From: Felis catus
Taxonomy: Eukaryota
Direction of reading: 5' to 3'
Length of the DNA stretch: 64,000 nucleotides
Assembly (NCBI RefSeq): GCF_018350175.1
Contig: NC_058373.1
Span: 106,890,001 to 106,954,000, forward strand
In this document: piece by piece, positions 50,423 through 63,324 of the stretch
How the letters are laid out: every line of letters begins with the position of its first letter
How positions within the stretch are numbered: the stretch's first letter is position 1
Notes under the pieces: generated by a model
The model's input: only the letters and a program-made list of their open reading frames with translations
Database searches by the model: none
Told to the model about the DNA's origin: nothing
Program-made: the position numbers and the translations under genes

Positions 50423-50974
50423 TCCGATTTTTTCTTTAACTATCAATTTAGTTTTTTCCCCAAAGTTTTGTTAGTATTTTGTTATTATTCCATCCTCAAT
50501 ATTTTCTCATTTTCATTATAATTTCTTTATTGATCCATGAATTAGGTATGTTTCTTCCTTTGTCTTATTCTTTGATGAACAGTCAATTAATTTCAATTTA
50601 AAAGATCAAATTTCCCTTAACTTTTATATAGTTGTAATAACATTTACATAATTATTCAAATTCCCTTAGCTATTTCAAAGTACAATTATAAATTCAGCAT
50701 ACCTGATTCTCTCAAACACTTCAAACATCTAAAATGTAAAATTAAGCATCAAAATCAACAAGAAATTCCTAAGCATGTAAGTTACCCTTATCAATTGTGT
50801 ACTTGAAATTCTCTTAACTTGTTCACATATCTGAAAAACACAGGTCAGACCACACTATGATAGCAGAACTCATTGATCCACAAAAGTGTAATTATTTTTT
50901 AAACTACCTTCCCTAAAAGTGTAAATTTATTCATAAAAAATGGAATAGAATAAATAAGCTGAATTTACTCTATC

Positions 50975-51105
50975 ACCTTGCTACTCAAAAGTAGGATCAA
51001 CAGACCAGCAGCATCAACGTTCCCTAAGAATTGGCCAGAAATGCCGACTCTCAGCCCCACCTGAACCCTCCTACGTCAGAACCTTTAACAAGGTCTCCTG
51101 CTAAT
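50975..51105. mobile_element. MER5A fragment
   Basis: tgctactcaaaagt...cagaccagcagcatca...agaaatgc...ctctcagccccacc...tcagaa...tttaacaag. Confidence 0.7.
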
Positions 51106-52009
51106 ATATCTCACTGACCTCCATTTAAAGGTGACTTAAATGAGGCTGGGAAAGAGAGGCAGACCCAGAGCTAATGGAAGGCTGTGTCTGGGATTTATCA
51201 GGAAGCAGAGAGAAGTTTTAGGCAGTTCCCAATGGGGAATCTCTTGCTTTCCTATTTCCACACCTCCACATCCTGAAAACCCATAGGTGAAAATGGGCAG
51301 GCAGAAGGGAAGGTGGAAGAAAGAACTAAGGCTCCCTTGTCTGGGGCTAGCATATTTACTGGCCAGAATCAGCCAGTGTTGACACCTGATTTCCTGTGCC
51401 AAGTGAGCCTGTGTTAGCTGCTGCCTGATGAGAACCATTAAGTCAGTAACAGACTGTATTTCCATTTCAGTGGCCTTTACACCAATACACAAGAAGTCAC
51501 ATGGCTAGGTCATTAAATTGTTGGTCTAATTGATTGGTCTAATTATCCTCACCTAAGGAAGAAAAATCCATAACTGGGAATAAAAGGGTACTGGCTGTAA
51601 GGCAGTATTTCTGGATTATAATCTTGCACCAGACTCTGGCCCTGCTGTGAAAGCTTGACGAAATCTCCCTTAATTTCTCTGGACCACAGATTACTTATTG
51701 AGCGGGGGGATTAGTTCCAAAATAATTGGTTTTCCAAAACTTCCTGCTTTCAGACTACCCAGGATATCCTGGAGTCCTGTACTTTTATAGAATCTTCCCA
51801 TACCATTTATTAAATAATACTATGTGTGACCAGGACTCTTCTGATGACTTAGGGCTCAGCAACAGAACTCCTTGAATTTTTGGCTCAGCACTGAAAGTTC
51901 CAATCCCTATATTACCTCTACCACCCTCAGGAATCACGAAGAAAATTTCCTAGAGAACAGTTCAGTGTAGGGAGACTTACTAACTATTGACTTCTTGTGA
52001 ATTAATGAA

Positions 52010-52245
52010 TGTGTGGGAGCTGCAGACTCTGGACCTTGCTGCTTGAGTTGGAATCCCTACTCAACCACTTAATGCCTGGTTTTGGATAAGTTAATTAATT
52101 TCCTAATGCCTCAGCTTCTGCACCTGTAAAATGAGGCAAATAATAGGTAATCTCTCCCAGGGTTGGTGTGTGGGTTAAATAAGACAACACATAGAAACAA
52201 CACATGTTTGCCATGTGGTAAGCACTCAATTATGATAAGCTGTGT
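52010..52245 (+). mobile_element. MIR
   Basis: gactctgga...gaatccctactcaaccactta...tgcctcagcttctgcacctgtaaaatgagg...gtaagcactcaat. Confidence 0.8.
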
Positions 52246-54100
52246 TTATGAAAACATTCAAGCTGAATGTAAAATACCACATTAAACACTCATTTGGGTG
52301 CATAGGTTATCCCAACATATTTTAAAAGCTGATTTTTCCATGCACTCAGTGAAAAAAAATACTTCTTTGGTACTAATTGTGGTGGTTATGCCACACGACA
52401 TGGAGATTTCCAGAATTATTGATTTGCATTTTCTTTACCTGAACTTAGGGCGGTGAGAAGAAAACAACTAGAATATGTCTGGCAATTGACTCTGACTTTT
52501 GCTTTTAACAACAGGACTTTTAATCCTTGCATTCAGAGTAATACCTGTCAATCACCTTTTTCCTAATTAAATTTACCTGGAGTTCATTTTAAAGAAAATA
52601 ATTTGTTCAGCCAAAAGTGGTTGCATATTTATGCTACAATTAGTTAAGAACGAACCCTTCCCCCTGAGCCTCTGTAAAGAAAGGAGAATGCAGTTGAGAG
52701 CCTACAAGATTTCAGAGCAATTAAGCCTAGAAATGCAGGTGTTTGAAACACCTGTTTCCCCCTCCCTCCCATGCTGACTGCCCTGGCCACCCCTCATCAG
52801 TAGGTTAAAATAATTAACTTACCCCACTGGCAGAAAAGCCCAAGAACTGCTAAGGGCAACAAGTCTCCTTTTCTCCCCTTTCTCAGATTAAAAGAGAAAA
52901 ATAAAAAGATTCATGGGTGGTCTGAAAACAGGAGGGGAAAAAACTTTCCTCTTCTTAAAAAAAAAAAAACGGACAAAATCAAGTGACAAGAAAGACATTG
53001 TCTCCCTCAAGCAGACTAAGTGGCTTGCTTAGGTTCAGAATTCTATGTTTGTTTTGTGAGGGTGATTGCAATGCTGTTCAGGAGCATGAAAAAGCCTATT
53101 TTAAGGGATATTTATGTGAAGAAATAAAGCAATTGGGGAGGATGTGATGTTGCCTGACCTGCCTTTTGTGAATACCTGCAAATTTATATTAAATCTCAAC
53201 CACAGAGTTCCTCACAAAGATAAATTGTGGGAATTTTATTGGGACTTTAAAAAATGGAATCGTCCATAGCTAGGAAATCAAGAGATTGTTAGGGGAAAAA
53301 AAAATTCATTTTGGCAATTTGAATCAATTCAATGTTGGCCTTTATGCTTTGTGTATCTTGGTTTTGTTTCCCTGAGTTCCATTAAGGCTATCCTTGAATA
53401 CTATTTGGCATAACTAGAAAAGATCGTGAAGGCAATTTTGTTTTTATGATTATTGTACTATCTCTGTTTGAAGCACAAATTTTGAAAACTTTTAGCATTT
53501 TAATTGGAATAGATATTTTTGGAAGATGGAGGGATGATACAGGTAAGGGATCTGTTGAAGTTGGAAACTGGTTTGGTATACATAGAAATATGCATACACA
53601 TTTATACTTTCCATTTTTCTAAGTATGATTTAAGGTGACTTCAGTTAGATGTTGGATATTAAAAGTTTTCTGACAATGTCCACATGAAATACAGATTATA
53701 GGAAGCCAAGGGACTACTGCATACTGTTAATTCAACCCCTACTTCTGACCAATACATTTATTTATATAATGCCTTAAAGTTTTAAAAGCATTTTTCCACT
53801 TGAGGTATGTAAGGTGGGTCTCATGACACCTATCCCAGGCAGGAGGAAATTAAAGGGATGGGTAGGGCCTTCCATGGAGAGGGAAAGAGAGCGGCTCTTA
53901 TTATTCAGGGAGCCTTAGGCAGCTGGCCATAGGATAAGTGATAAAAATGAGACACACCACCCCCGCTACCTCAGTGCCCCCCTGCCCCCCAGTGCTATTT
54001 CTATCACCACCCAGGCTAGAGGAAGTCTTCTCCCCTATAGCACAGCATTTTCACAAACTAGGGTTTAGTCTCCTTGTTCATGTGGCAAACTCCTGAGAGC

Positions 54101-54134
54101 AGCAGTATTTTTAAATGGCCAGCAGGTGGCGGAG
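54101..54134 (+). promoter_or_regulatory. Candidate CTCF site (core plus upstream module)
   Basis: TGGCCAGCAGGTGGCGGAG at 54116-54134 matches the CCASYAGRKGGCR core; AGCAGTATT upstream at 54101-54109. Confidence 0.7.
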
Positions 54135-54527
54135 TAAACCCTGTTCCCAAATCTATTCCAGCAATGTTTAAGTTATTTGAAAATTAACGGATTAAAAATT
54201 CAATACCAGCTCAAATAAATGTAGCATTCAAGGCTCCATTAAAATTACAGCAATAAAAATACTTAATCTAAATACTTAAGTCCACTGTCAAGCTAAATGC
54301 TGACACTGGTATTTTTTTCCCTTAGCATTGTAACATATTGCAAAGTCATTTTAAAAAATTACAATTCTTTCCTTCCCTCTCACTGTACTACTTACTGAGT
54401 TGGAGAGAAATGATGGCTTATTACTCCTATGAGTTTATTTTCTGTGTTAAGAGATCTATATATGGTTATCTAAGTGTGACATGACTCTCCCAAACAGTAC
54501 AGCTCTGTCTAGGTTTAAGAGTGTCTT

Positions 54528-54750
54528 GGGGCGCCTGGGTGGCGCAGTCGGTTAAGTGTCCGACTTCAGCCAGGTCACGATCTCACGGTCCGTGAGTTCG
54601 AGCCCCGCGTCAGGCTCTGGGCTGATGGCTCAGAGCCTGGAGCCTGTTTCCGATTCTGTGTCTCCCTCTCTCTCTGCGCCTCCCCCGTTCATGCTCTGTC
54701 TCTCTCTGTCCCAAAAATAAATAAACGTTGAAAAAAAAAATTAAAAAAAA
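54528..54750 (+). mobile_element. Young full-length SINEC_Fc
   Basis: A-box TGGCGCAGTCGG (54540-54551), B-box GTTCGAGCC (54596-54604), TSD AAGAGT(G/A)TCTT (54517-54527, 54751-54761). Confidence 0.97.
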
Positions 54751-56278
54751 AAGAGTATCTTTATTAAGTGTTCACTGTTAACCACTCATTTCCCAGCTCC
54801 CCCTACCCTGGCACTATGGGAGGCTAGCCTACACAAACTTCTAGAATTACATTACACTCCTGTCTGCATCCTGAGCTGCTCACAGGCAGGTGAATTGAAG
54901 AAGCCTCTCTCCCCACCAGAGCCTTCCTCTCCTTCATAATGTCTTCCCCATAGTGCTATGATTCTAAGGCTTGTAAACGCTGAAAACACACACAGTCCCC
55001 AAACTCCTTTGTCAAGAAGTTTCCTCAGCTGCTTTCCTACACTATTGGCAAGCACCAATAATGATTAAAAGGGGTTTACATCCAAACATTTTCAGCAATA
55101 AAACACAATCATATGTAAATACTGTACCCATACACATTCTCATTGCCACACATACATGCATTTACCATTGCACACGTATGTAGACATATGCTTATATTTG
55201 TATAAATATCAGATCTCATCACAGTGAATTTCATTGGATTACCCAACTCCCCATATTGGAATTTTGATGCCTTAACTATGTTTTAACTAAATGAAAGAAC
55301 TAGGTTATAAGTGATAGGGACTGATACCACCTACTTCCTATCATGTATAACTTGGGAACTCGAAGATATTTGTCTGCAGTTTATTTTTTTACATGAGATT
55401 TGCCATATGTACAAATTGATTCAAGCAAGTGCAGATTGAAAATACACATGTTAATACCTATTTATATATGCTTTGTCTTTTTTTTTTTTTTCAGAAAAAA
55501 AGATTTCAAAAGGACTTACAGAGTTATATGAGAGTTCATAGAGAATCACTAGGGACTAGAGATTTTGTCTTAAGGATGAAAAGCCAAGGATGGTTAAGGG
55601 CTTTGCTCAAAGGCATAGAGCCAACCAGAGATTGGAAAGGGACTGGGATAGGAGGTGTTCATTAAACATTTGTGAATTAAATAAGATGCAGAATAATTCA
55701 GTGAGACTTTAAAAGATGTGTTGGTGAATAGGTGAGCAGCTGTTACAGGAATCAAGAAAATAGAAAGACTTTTGAGAAGAGGTAGAAATGTATATGTTTG
55801 TGGCACTCTATAGCTGGTGGAGGGCAGGCACAGTTGTTGATGGTGATACTTGTTACTGGATATTTAAAAGAAAGCAGTCTCTTTGGAAACTTGAGAGCAA
55901 TGGTCTTCCTCCCAATTCCAGAGCATTTTGGAGAATGAAATAGAGTTCCATGAGAGCTGGAAAAAGAATACAGGAATCCTTGCATTTTATCTTTATGTAT
56001 CAAGGAGATAATTCTAGCTGAGGAAAAAAATTCAGTAACTATTTCATTTGTGTTACAAATATTTTAATATATTTATCTGCCAAGATCTATTAAAATTTAT
56101 TAATAACTGACCTTTCTATAATTACGCAATACCTTCTGTGAGTTAATATGCATTTAAGCTGACCAAATAAAGGTAAATGTTAATAGTCAGCATTAGCCAT
56201 GTACTCGTTGTGCTCTAAGTCACTTTAGTCACCAATTGAAGAATGGGGCTTATTTAGTATACCTCATATCCTATCATT

Positions 56279-56495
56279 AAAAAAATTATTTTAATGTTTA
56301 TTTACTTTTGAGAGAGAGAAAGAGACAGAATGCAAGTGGGAGAGGGGCAGAGACAGAGGGAGACACAGAATCCAAAGCAGGCTCCAGGCTCCGACCTGTC
56401 AGCACAGAGCCCGACAGGGCTTGAACTCACGAGCTGCTAGATCATGACCTCAGCCAAAGTGGGATGCTTAACCGAGTGAGCCACCAAGACACCCC
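56279..56495 (-). mobile_element. SINEC
   Basis: Antisense body; TSD ATCCT(A/G)TCATT (56268-56278, 56498-56508). Confidence 0.92.
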
Positions 56496-56665
56496 AAATC
56501 CTGTCATTTTAAAATTAATTCAAGAGAATCAAACAGAACAAAAGAATCCATTAGGAGTAGAACAAATGTGTTGATGGTGACTTCATAAGTCACTTTGCCT
56601 TTCCCTGAAATGGAAAATTCTATTTCATAACCATGTTAAACTCCTTCTATGCCAAGCACATAGAT

Positions 56666-56668
<3 letters not shown>

Positions 56669-56706
<38 letters not shown>
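56669..56706 (+). repeat. (CA)19 microsatellite
   Basis: Perfect dinucleotide run. Confidence 0.97.
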
Positions 56707-56707
<1 letters not shown>

Positions 56708-59700
56708 TTTACAAGAACCCTGAACTCTCCTCTCCAGGGTTATTTTTTAATTTTGGAACAACGCTAAACCTACATAAAATCTGCTTTAAGAACGTACATG
56801 TTTCGTTTGCGTTTCCAACATTATGTGTTTCTTTATTTTGCAGATTGGGTTGCGAGCTAGAAGATTTTTTTTCCTGTTTCATCTTAAAAGCCTAAGGATC
56901 AATGCCAATTGCATACTTAGATATCAAGGCAACTTCTCCAGCTGTGCTCCAACTGTTTTCTATTGTGCTCACTACTGTGTTCTTGGTGTCATTTTTCTGA
57001 TTTGAGTGAAACCTATGCAAGACATTAATTGCATCTCATTACTGGTCCTAGCTCTTCTTTTCAATTCTGGTATATATAAATGCTCCAAGAGAAATACAAC
57101 TGATAAACAAAACAGCAGTATATTCTTCTGTACATTGTTCCTGAGGCAAAGAGTAAGTGGGAAATTCATATTTGCCAGTGTATTTCAGGGCATTTTGTGG
57201 GACCCTTTAAAAAGTCTATTGCTCTATTTCTACCACAATGCCACTTCAGATCTAAATTCTGGGGTCTTTTGACCAGAAAGGTAATAATTATTAATTGTTT
57301 TGATTATAATATTGCAGAAATTTGTAGAGCATTGTCCACTACTCTACAAGTAAAATATGCTGCTATGGCAAAACTAGGGGAAACGCAAAATAGAAAAATA
57401 CAGATGTTGTTAGGATAGTTTCTGATAATTTATTACTAAAACAATATTTTGGCCTGCATTATATACAATCTGGATTCAAAGCAGTCAAAGGAGTGAGCTA
57501 GTAGAACCCACATTTCAAGTTACATTTAAAGCATTTTCTAAATCTATAACACAAAAATGCTAATTTTGATCTTAAATTTGATAAATCCTACTTTAATATG
57601 GAGATCACAAGAGAATAATTACCAAATGATGTAAAAATTATTTATTCAGAGAGCCCTTATAATCTCCAGAGGCAAATCATGAATATCAGAACCAAACCTT
57701 TCAACCATTATGTAGCACTACTTTAAAAGTAACTTTCTCTTTTGTTCAGCCAGAGGATACCAGAGATTATAAGAAATGTGAAGTCCACCAGCTATTAACT
57801 TCAGTCTGACTAAATAAGAGTTAATATAATTGGAGTACTTTATCAGAGAGCAATTTCTGGAATAAAATACACACTATACAGTAGAGCAAGGTTTTAAGAA
57901 TTACAGGGAACATTAATTCAAAATGAGGAAATTTTTGGAATCCAACATAACTTTTTAAATTTACCTATCTTTCCATACGTCCAAATGATGATAATCTCAC
58001 ATTGTTGCTGCAGTGGCAGAGTACAATACTTATTTGACATTTTGTGCATCAGCATGAACTTATTTTAACACTAAATTTTTTGTAGGTTTAAGTGTGTTTC
58101 CTGCAGTTTTATTAATGGAGAAAATAGAATACTTTGAGTGGAAATAAAAATTCATCCTCAAAGATAACATCATTAAGGAAAAAAATATCTTGATAATTAC
58201 TAACTGATTTCGTAACACATTCATGTATAAGAGTATTTTAGAGGGCCAATGGCCTGAAATTATACTTTCTTACATTGAAAAAGGTTAATTAGGAATTGAG
58301 CTCAAAGTTAATTTTTTGAAGGTCAGCTGCTATGCTGTTGGGTCCTGTGACCCTGTCTCAAGTAATCACAGCATTAACATACAAGTTATAGCTTTCCTTT
58401 CACTTGATGACATAATCTCTTTAATTGGTGTCGGGAAGCCTGCATGTGAAAGAACCATGGAAAACACCTAGAGACTATAATTTTACTCTCTCCATTCACA
58501 AGGCAAATGAAACAAGCTTTAAGAATGTACGAAAGACTCATTACAATCCCTTGGCTGTCAACACAAAGCCCTCACATTTCAACCAAGAGTTTTAGGAATG
58601 ATCAATTCTGTTTAGTTCTAACTTTGGCTGGTGAACTATTAACCTTTTCAGAAAAACTGGTGAATGCTAAATGTCAGATAATCTTCTATGAGAAAGCTAA
58701 GAAGGTAGATAATGTGGTTTAACTGATTAGACATAAATGTGAGAAGGTAATATTTGCAAAGTTATTAAGCATGTTCTCTGAAAGAAACTATTGGAGTGAG
58801 ACTCCCTAACTCTTATATTTCCACAACCTTTGACAACATTCTCATAAATCCTCTGTGGCTCATCATGCAGACTTGATATGGCCCATTTTCACTTGAGAGT
58901 TTAAAGTCACCTTTTATAGGGAACTGATCAGCATTGTTGTGATACTATTTTCGCAACAGATTCCGCTTAGTAAAGAAGAAAGCTACTGTGAAGTAACCCT
59001 TGAAATACCCACTATGAAACTTTGGCAAAGATATGCTTTGGGAGAAGGACGAAGGGAATACTAAAGTGTGCTAAGCCTATCAGCCATCAGTTTAACAAGT
59101 GCTGCAAAATAGAAGGGCCCCGGGTCTATTGTTAATGTAGTTCCTGTCCTTATAGCACTATTTCAGTTTTGTCACCTTTCATAATCTCTTTACCTCTTGA
59201 GTTCCGAGATGACTTTTTAAAATTAGGTAATCATCCAACCAAGAAGTGCTGTGCTTGGACTGCTTTGTGCTAAGGCCTCAAACTGGGTGCCATCAGCAAT
59301 CTGGAAAATATGGGAATGTGCCATCTAGCAGAGACATGAAGTCATCATTTGGAACTGGTTCATATTTGGTTATGATATAAATACTGGACCCTCCCTCTTG
59401 TGCCCTGTCTAGAAAAATCTGTACCCTGAGGGTGTGGAAAGAGAAAATGTGGTAGAAAGGGCAGGCAGGTGTTCACGATTACAGACAGTATAGTACTACC
59501 TTCCTATGACAACTACTAGACAATTGCTATACTTTGTATTGACATGTTTTTAATCATGTCTCCGTATAGATAATAAACTGGTCTGATGGGATCTGTTTTG
59601 TGTTTCATATAATCTTCCATTTTTCTGCCCGGATGCATAGTATATACACTTAAGGCTAGAAAGTCAGAAAATAGCCTATTTGTTGCATTATTCAAATTTA

Positions 59701-61861
59701 GGCACTACCACAATTTTATTAACCAGCAAAATAATGATGCACAAATGCCTCAACCATAATTTGCTTTGTTTCACTCTGTGCCAATTTGGTGCAGCCTCAG
59801 TAATATCAAGAACTCACAACTTCATTATGCCCTGAAAATTGAAATATTATTTTTCACCACTCAATAAAACCAACAATCCTCTTTTTCCATTAGCATTTTC
59901 AGCAAAATCTGAACTCTACCATCTAAGTTAAATGGTAACATATAATGAGGGATATACATTCTTTTATTACCTGGGAGCTTTCCTCAGGAAGAGGAAATAA
60001 AAATCACCGGTTATGTCACTGCAAATCTAGTCACACTAAGGTCTATCAGTATTTCCTCACTCCCTTCAAGAAAAGTCCTGAGAGTGACATCTCCAAGATA
60101 GCAACATAGGTCATTCCTGACCTCACTCCCCCTCACAAGAACTAACACCTATTCAGGAACAAGACACTGCTGACGTAATTCTAGAACATGAAGGTGAGGC
60201 TAAGGAATCCCCTACACCTTAGAGACCAAGAGAGACTGCATTAAAAGGGTAAGAAAAATGGCTACATGTACACCACATTGCCTCTACCTCAGAATAGCAC
60301 AGCACCACATGGAGAGGCCTCCCCTGAGGCACTAGTTCCTCCAGGGGGAAAAGAGAATCAGGGGTACAGCTAACCTCTCCCAGCCTTGTGGGTCACTTTG
60401 TGGGAGCCCCTACTCTGATCTCACTTATGGGGATGGCAGGAAAATCTGTGGGGCCAAGCTACTGGGCATCTGACTGTGAGACAGAGACAAGAAGGGGCTT
60501 GCAATAAGTAGCACATGGATCTTGGCTGACTGCGTTCATACCTGCAGTGCCCAAGAATTAATCCCAACCAGAAGCTTTGCTCATCTGCAGAACCAAGTCA
60601 GGAATGAGCACACTCTGACCAAGGAACTCAGTGGGATACAGATATGCCTGCTTGAGATCCTCAGATGTGAAGTCTTGCTGGCCCTAGAGTTTGTCCACAC
60701 CCAAGCAAGGTGTTGAGTCACAGATCCATCTACTGTTAAGAGTCTCTTCTAGCCCCATCTAACCAGAAAGTTGGTAACAACTCCTGGAGGCTGTGTGGCC
60801 CAGTGGTGCTTGAGCTGAGAGGTGGATGGGCATAGCTAATCACCCCCAGAGCCAAGCCAATATTGAAAATGCAGGCTTCCAATGCTATAAAACAGGCAGA
60901 GGGATCAATTCTTAGCCAAAGCTAAAGATAGCTCCTAGTCCCTTCCAACTGGAGAGCCTATTTGGGAAATCGAGAGTGGCCTACATTCCCCATCCATTCT
61001 GCCCAGGAAAGGGGGCTGAAACATAGCCCCACTCTCTGTTGAGTGTATTCTAGTCTTATCTGACTAGAAGGGTTGGTGACAACTCTTGGGACCTATGTGG
61101 CCTAGTGGTGTTCCAGCTAAGAAAAGTACAGACAGAAGTGATAGTTTGCAGGGCAGAGCCAATGGTCCTGTATGGCTGGAAAATTTGGGATGTGGGTCAG
61201 CTTGAGTTAAAGTAACAAAAAGCTTTAGAGCTGCTTCTGCTGCTGCATCTGAGCAGCGAGTCTAATTTGTAGCCCTGCTCATTGCTGAATATAGCTGGAG
61301 CCTGTCTGACCAGGAAACCTAGCCAGAGCACATAGGAAGCTGTGTAGCTCATTCAACAGCTCTCCACATAATAGCACTTGAACAGCTAGCACAGTCTGTG
61401 GATTCCCCTGTCTGCAGAGCAAAACTTCACCAGACCAGGGAATTCAGGGCATACTCAGGCCTGCTTCAGGCCCCTAAACAATGAGTTCTATAGGCCCTGG
61501 GCTCTCATCTGCTGCCCTGCCAGGCAGGGAAACTAATTTATAGCCCTACATACTATTGAATATAGTAGCCAGTCCTGATCATCTAGTAAGCCTGACCAGA
61601 GAATTCAGACAACTGTGGAGCCCATCCTACAGCTTCATTTTAGTAGGGAACAAGCTTGCAGTTCATTCCTACTGTTCTGTGCCAGTGGCACACCCCTGTT
61701 CCCTGTCCTCAAAGTTCAAACAATTGCCATACCTAAAAGTAGACTATAATACTGGGTCTTACCTGCCCAAAGATTATCAGCAGACATAACAAGAAACCCA
61801 AACTGAGCTGGCCAGTGAAGAACTATCTCTGCTAAAGCAAACCTTTAAGAAGAGCCCCATT

Positions 61862-62818
61862 ATGCAAATGTACAGATAACAGTGTAAAGAATCAAAGATC
61901 ACAAAGAATCAGGTAAAATATGACACCATCAAAGGAAACTAATAAAGCTAATCATAACTGGCCCTAAAGAAATGGAGATCTGCGAACTGTCAGGCAAAGA
62001 ATTCAGAATAATCCTCTTAAGAAAGTTTAGTGTACTACAAGAAAACACAGACAATTAAATGAAATTAAGAAAAAAACAGACAAATACAACAAGAAGTTTG
62101 ACAAGGAAATAGCAATCATCAAAAACAAAAACCCAAGAAATCCTAGAGTTGAAGAATGTGATAACTAAACTGAAGAATTCAATAGAGATTTTGAAAAGTA
62201 GACTTGACCATGCAGAAGAAAGAATCAGTAATCTGGAGGATAGGGCATTGAAATTACCCAGTTAGAGAACCAAAAAGACAAAATAAGAAAGAGTGAAGAA
62301 AATCAACAGGAATTACAGGACACAATGAGAGGAACCAATAGGAATTCCAGAAGGGGGAAAGAAAGAGAACGAGACAGAGAGTATATTTAAAGCAATAAAG
62401 GTTGAAAACTTCTGAAACCTGGGAAAAGAAATGAATATCCAGATCCATGAGGCCCAAAGTTTTCAAAATGGGCTGAACCTGAACAAAGCCATACCAAGGC
62501 ACTTTAAATAAATCTGTCAAAAGTCAAAGACAAAGAAAGAATTTTAAGAGCAGCCAGAGAAAAAAGAAGTTACATTTAAGGGAAACCCCATGATACTATC
62601 AATAGGTTTCTCAACAGACACTTTTCATGCCAGTAGAGAATGGGATGACATATTCAGAATATTGAAAGAATATAACTGTCAACCAAGAATTCTATACCTG
62701 ACAAAGCTGTCATTCAGAAACAAAGGAGGAATAAATACTTTCCTGAAAAAACAAAAGCTGAGGCAGTTCATTACCATCAAACCTGCCTTACAATAAATGC
62801 TAAAGAGAGTTCTCTAAG
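61862..62818 (+). pseudogene. Disabled L1 ORF1p
   Basis: C-terminal peptide STDTFHASREWDDIFRILKEYNCQPRILYLTKLSFRNKGGINTF...LRQFITIKPALQ; multiple stops and frameshifts upstream; start approximate. Confidence 0.85.
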
Positions 62819-63324
62819 TGGAAGTAAAAGAATGTTAATTAACATCATAAAAACACAAACAGGTGGAGTAAATCTCACTGGTAATGGTAAATACATATTC
62901 ACAGTTAGATTCTGCAATATGGTAATAGTGGTGTTGAATTCACAATTGTAGTTTAAAAGTTAAAAGAAAAGGATATATCAAAAATAAGTATAAATGAGGT
63001 AACCTGTTATTAGGTTATTGCACAATTAAAATCATATAAATTGTAACAGCTGTGACCTAAAATGTGAGAAGTAAAAGTATTAAATATACAAATTCTATTG
63101 AAGTTAAGTCGTTATCAGTTTAAAATAGGGTGTTATAAATTTAAAATATTTTATGTAAATCTCATGGTAACCACAAGGGAAAAATCTTATAGTAATTACA
63201 CACAAAAGAACAAGATAAAGAAGTCAAAGCATACTGATACCAAAACGCATCAAAGCACAGGAAAAGACAGCTGGATGAGAAACAAGGAACAAAACAACTA
63301 CAAAATAAGAAAATAATTAACAAA

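Larger units (their letters stand above)
48830..50540 (-). mobile_element. Ancient L1ME-like fragments carrying two SINEs
   Basis: tagttcattcattttcaat...cacaatttatttatctattctc...gctatgaatattcttgtacatg...aatttacactcccaccagcagtg. Confidence 0.7.
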
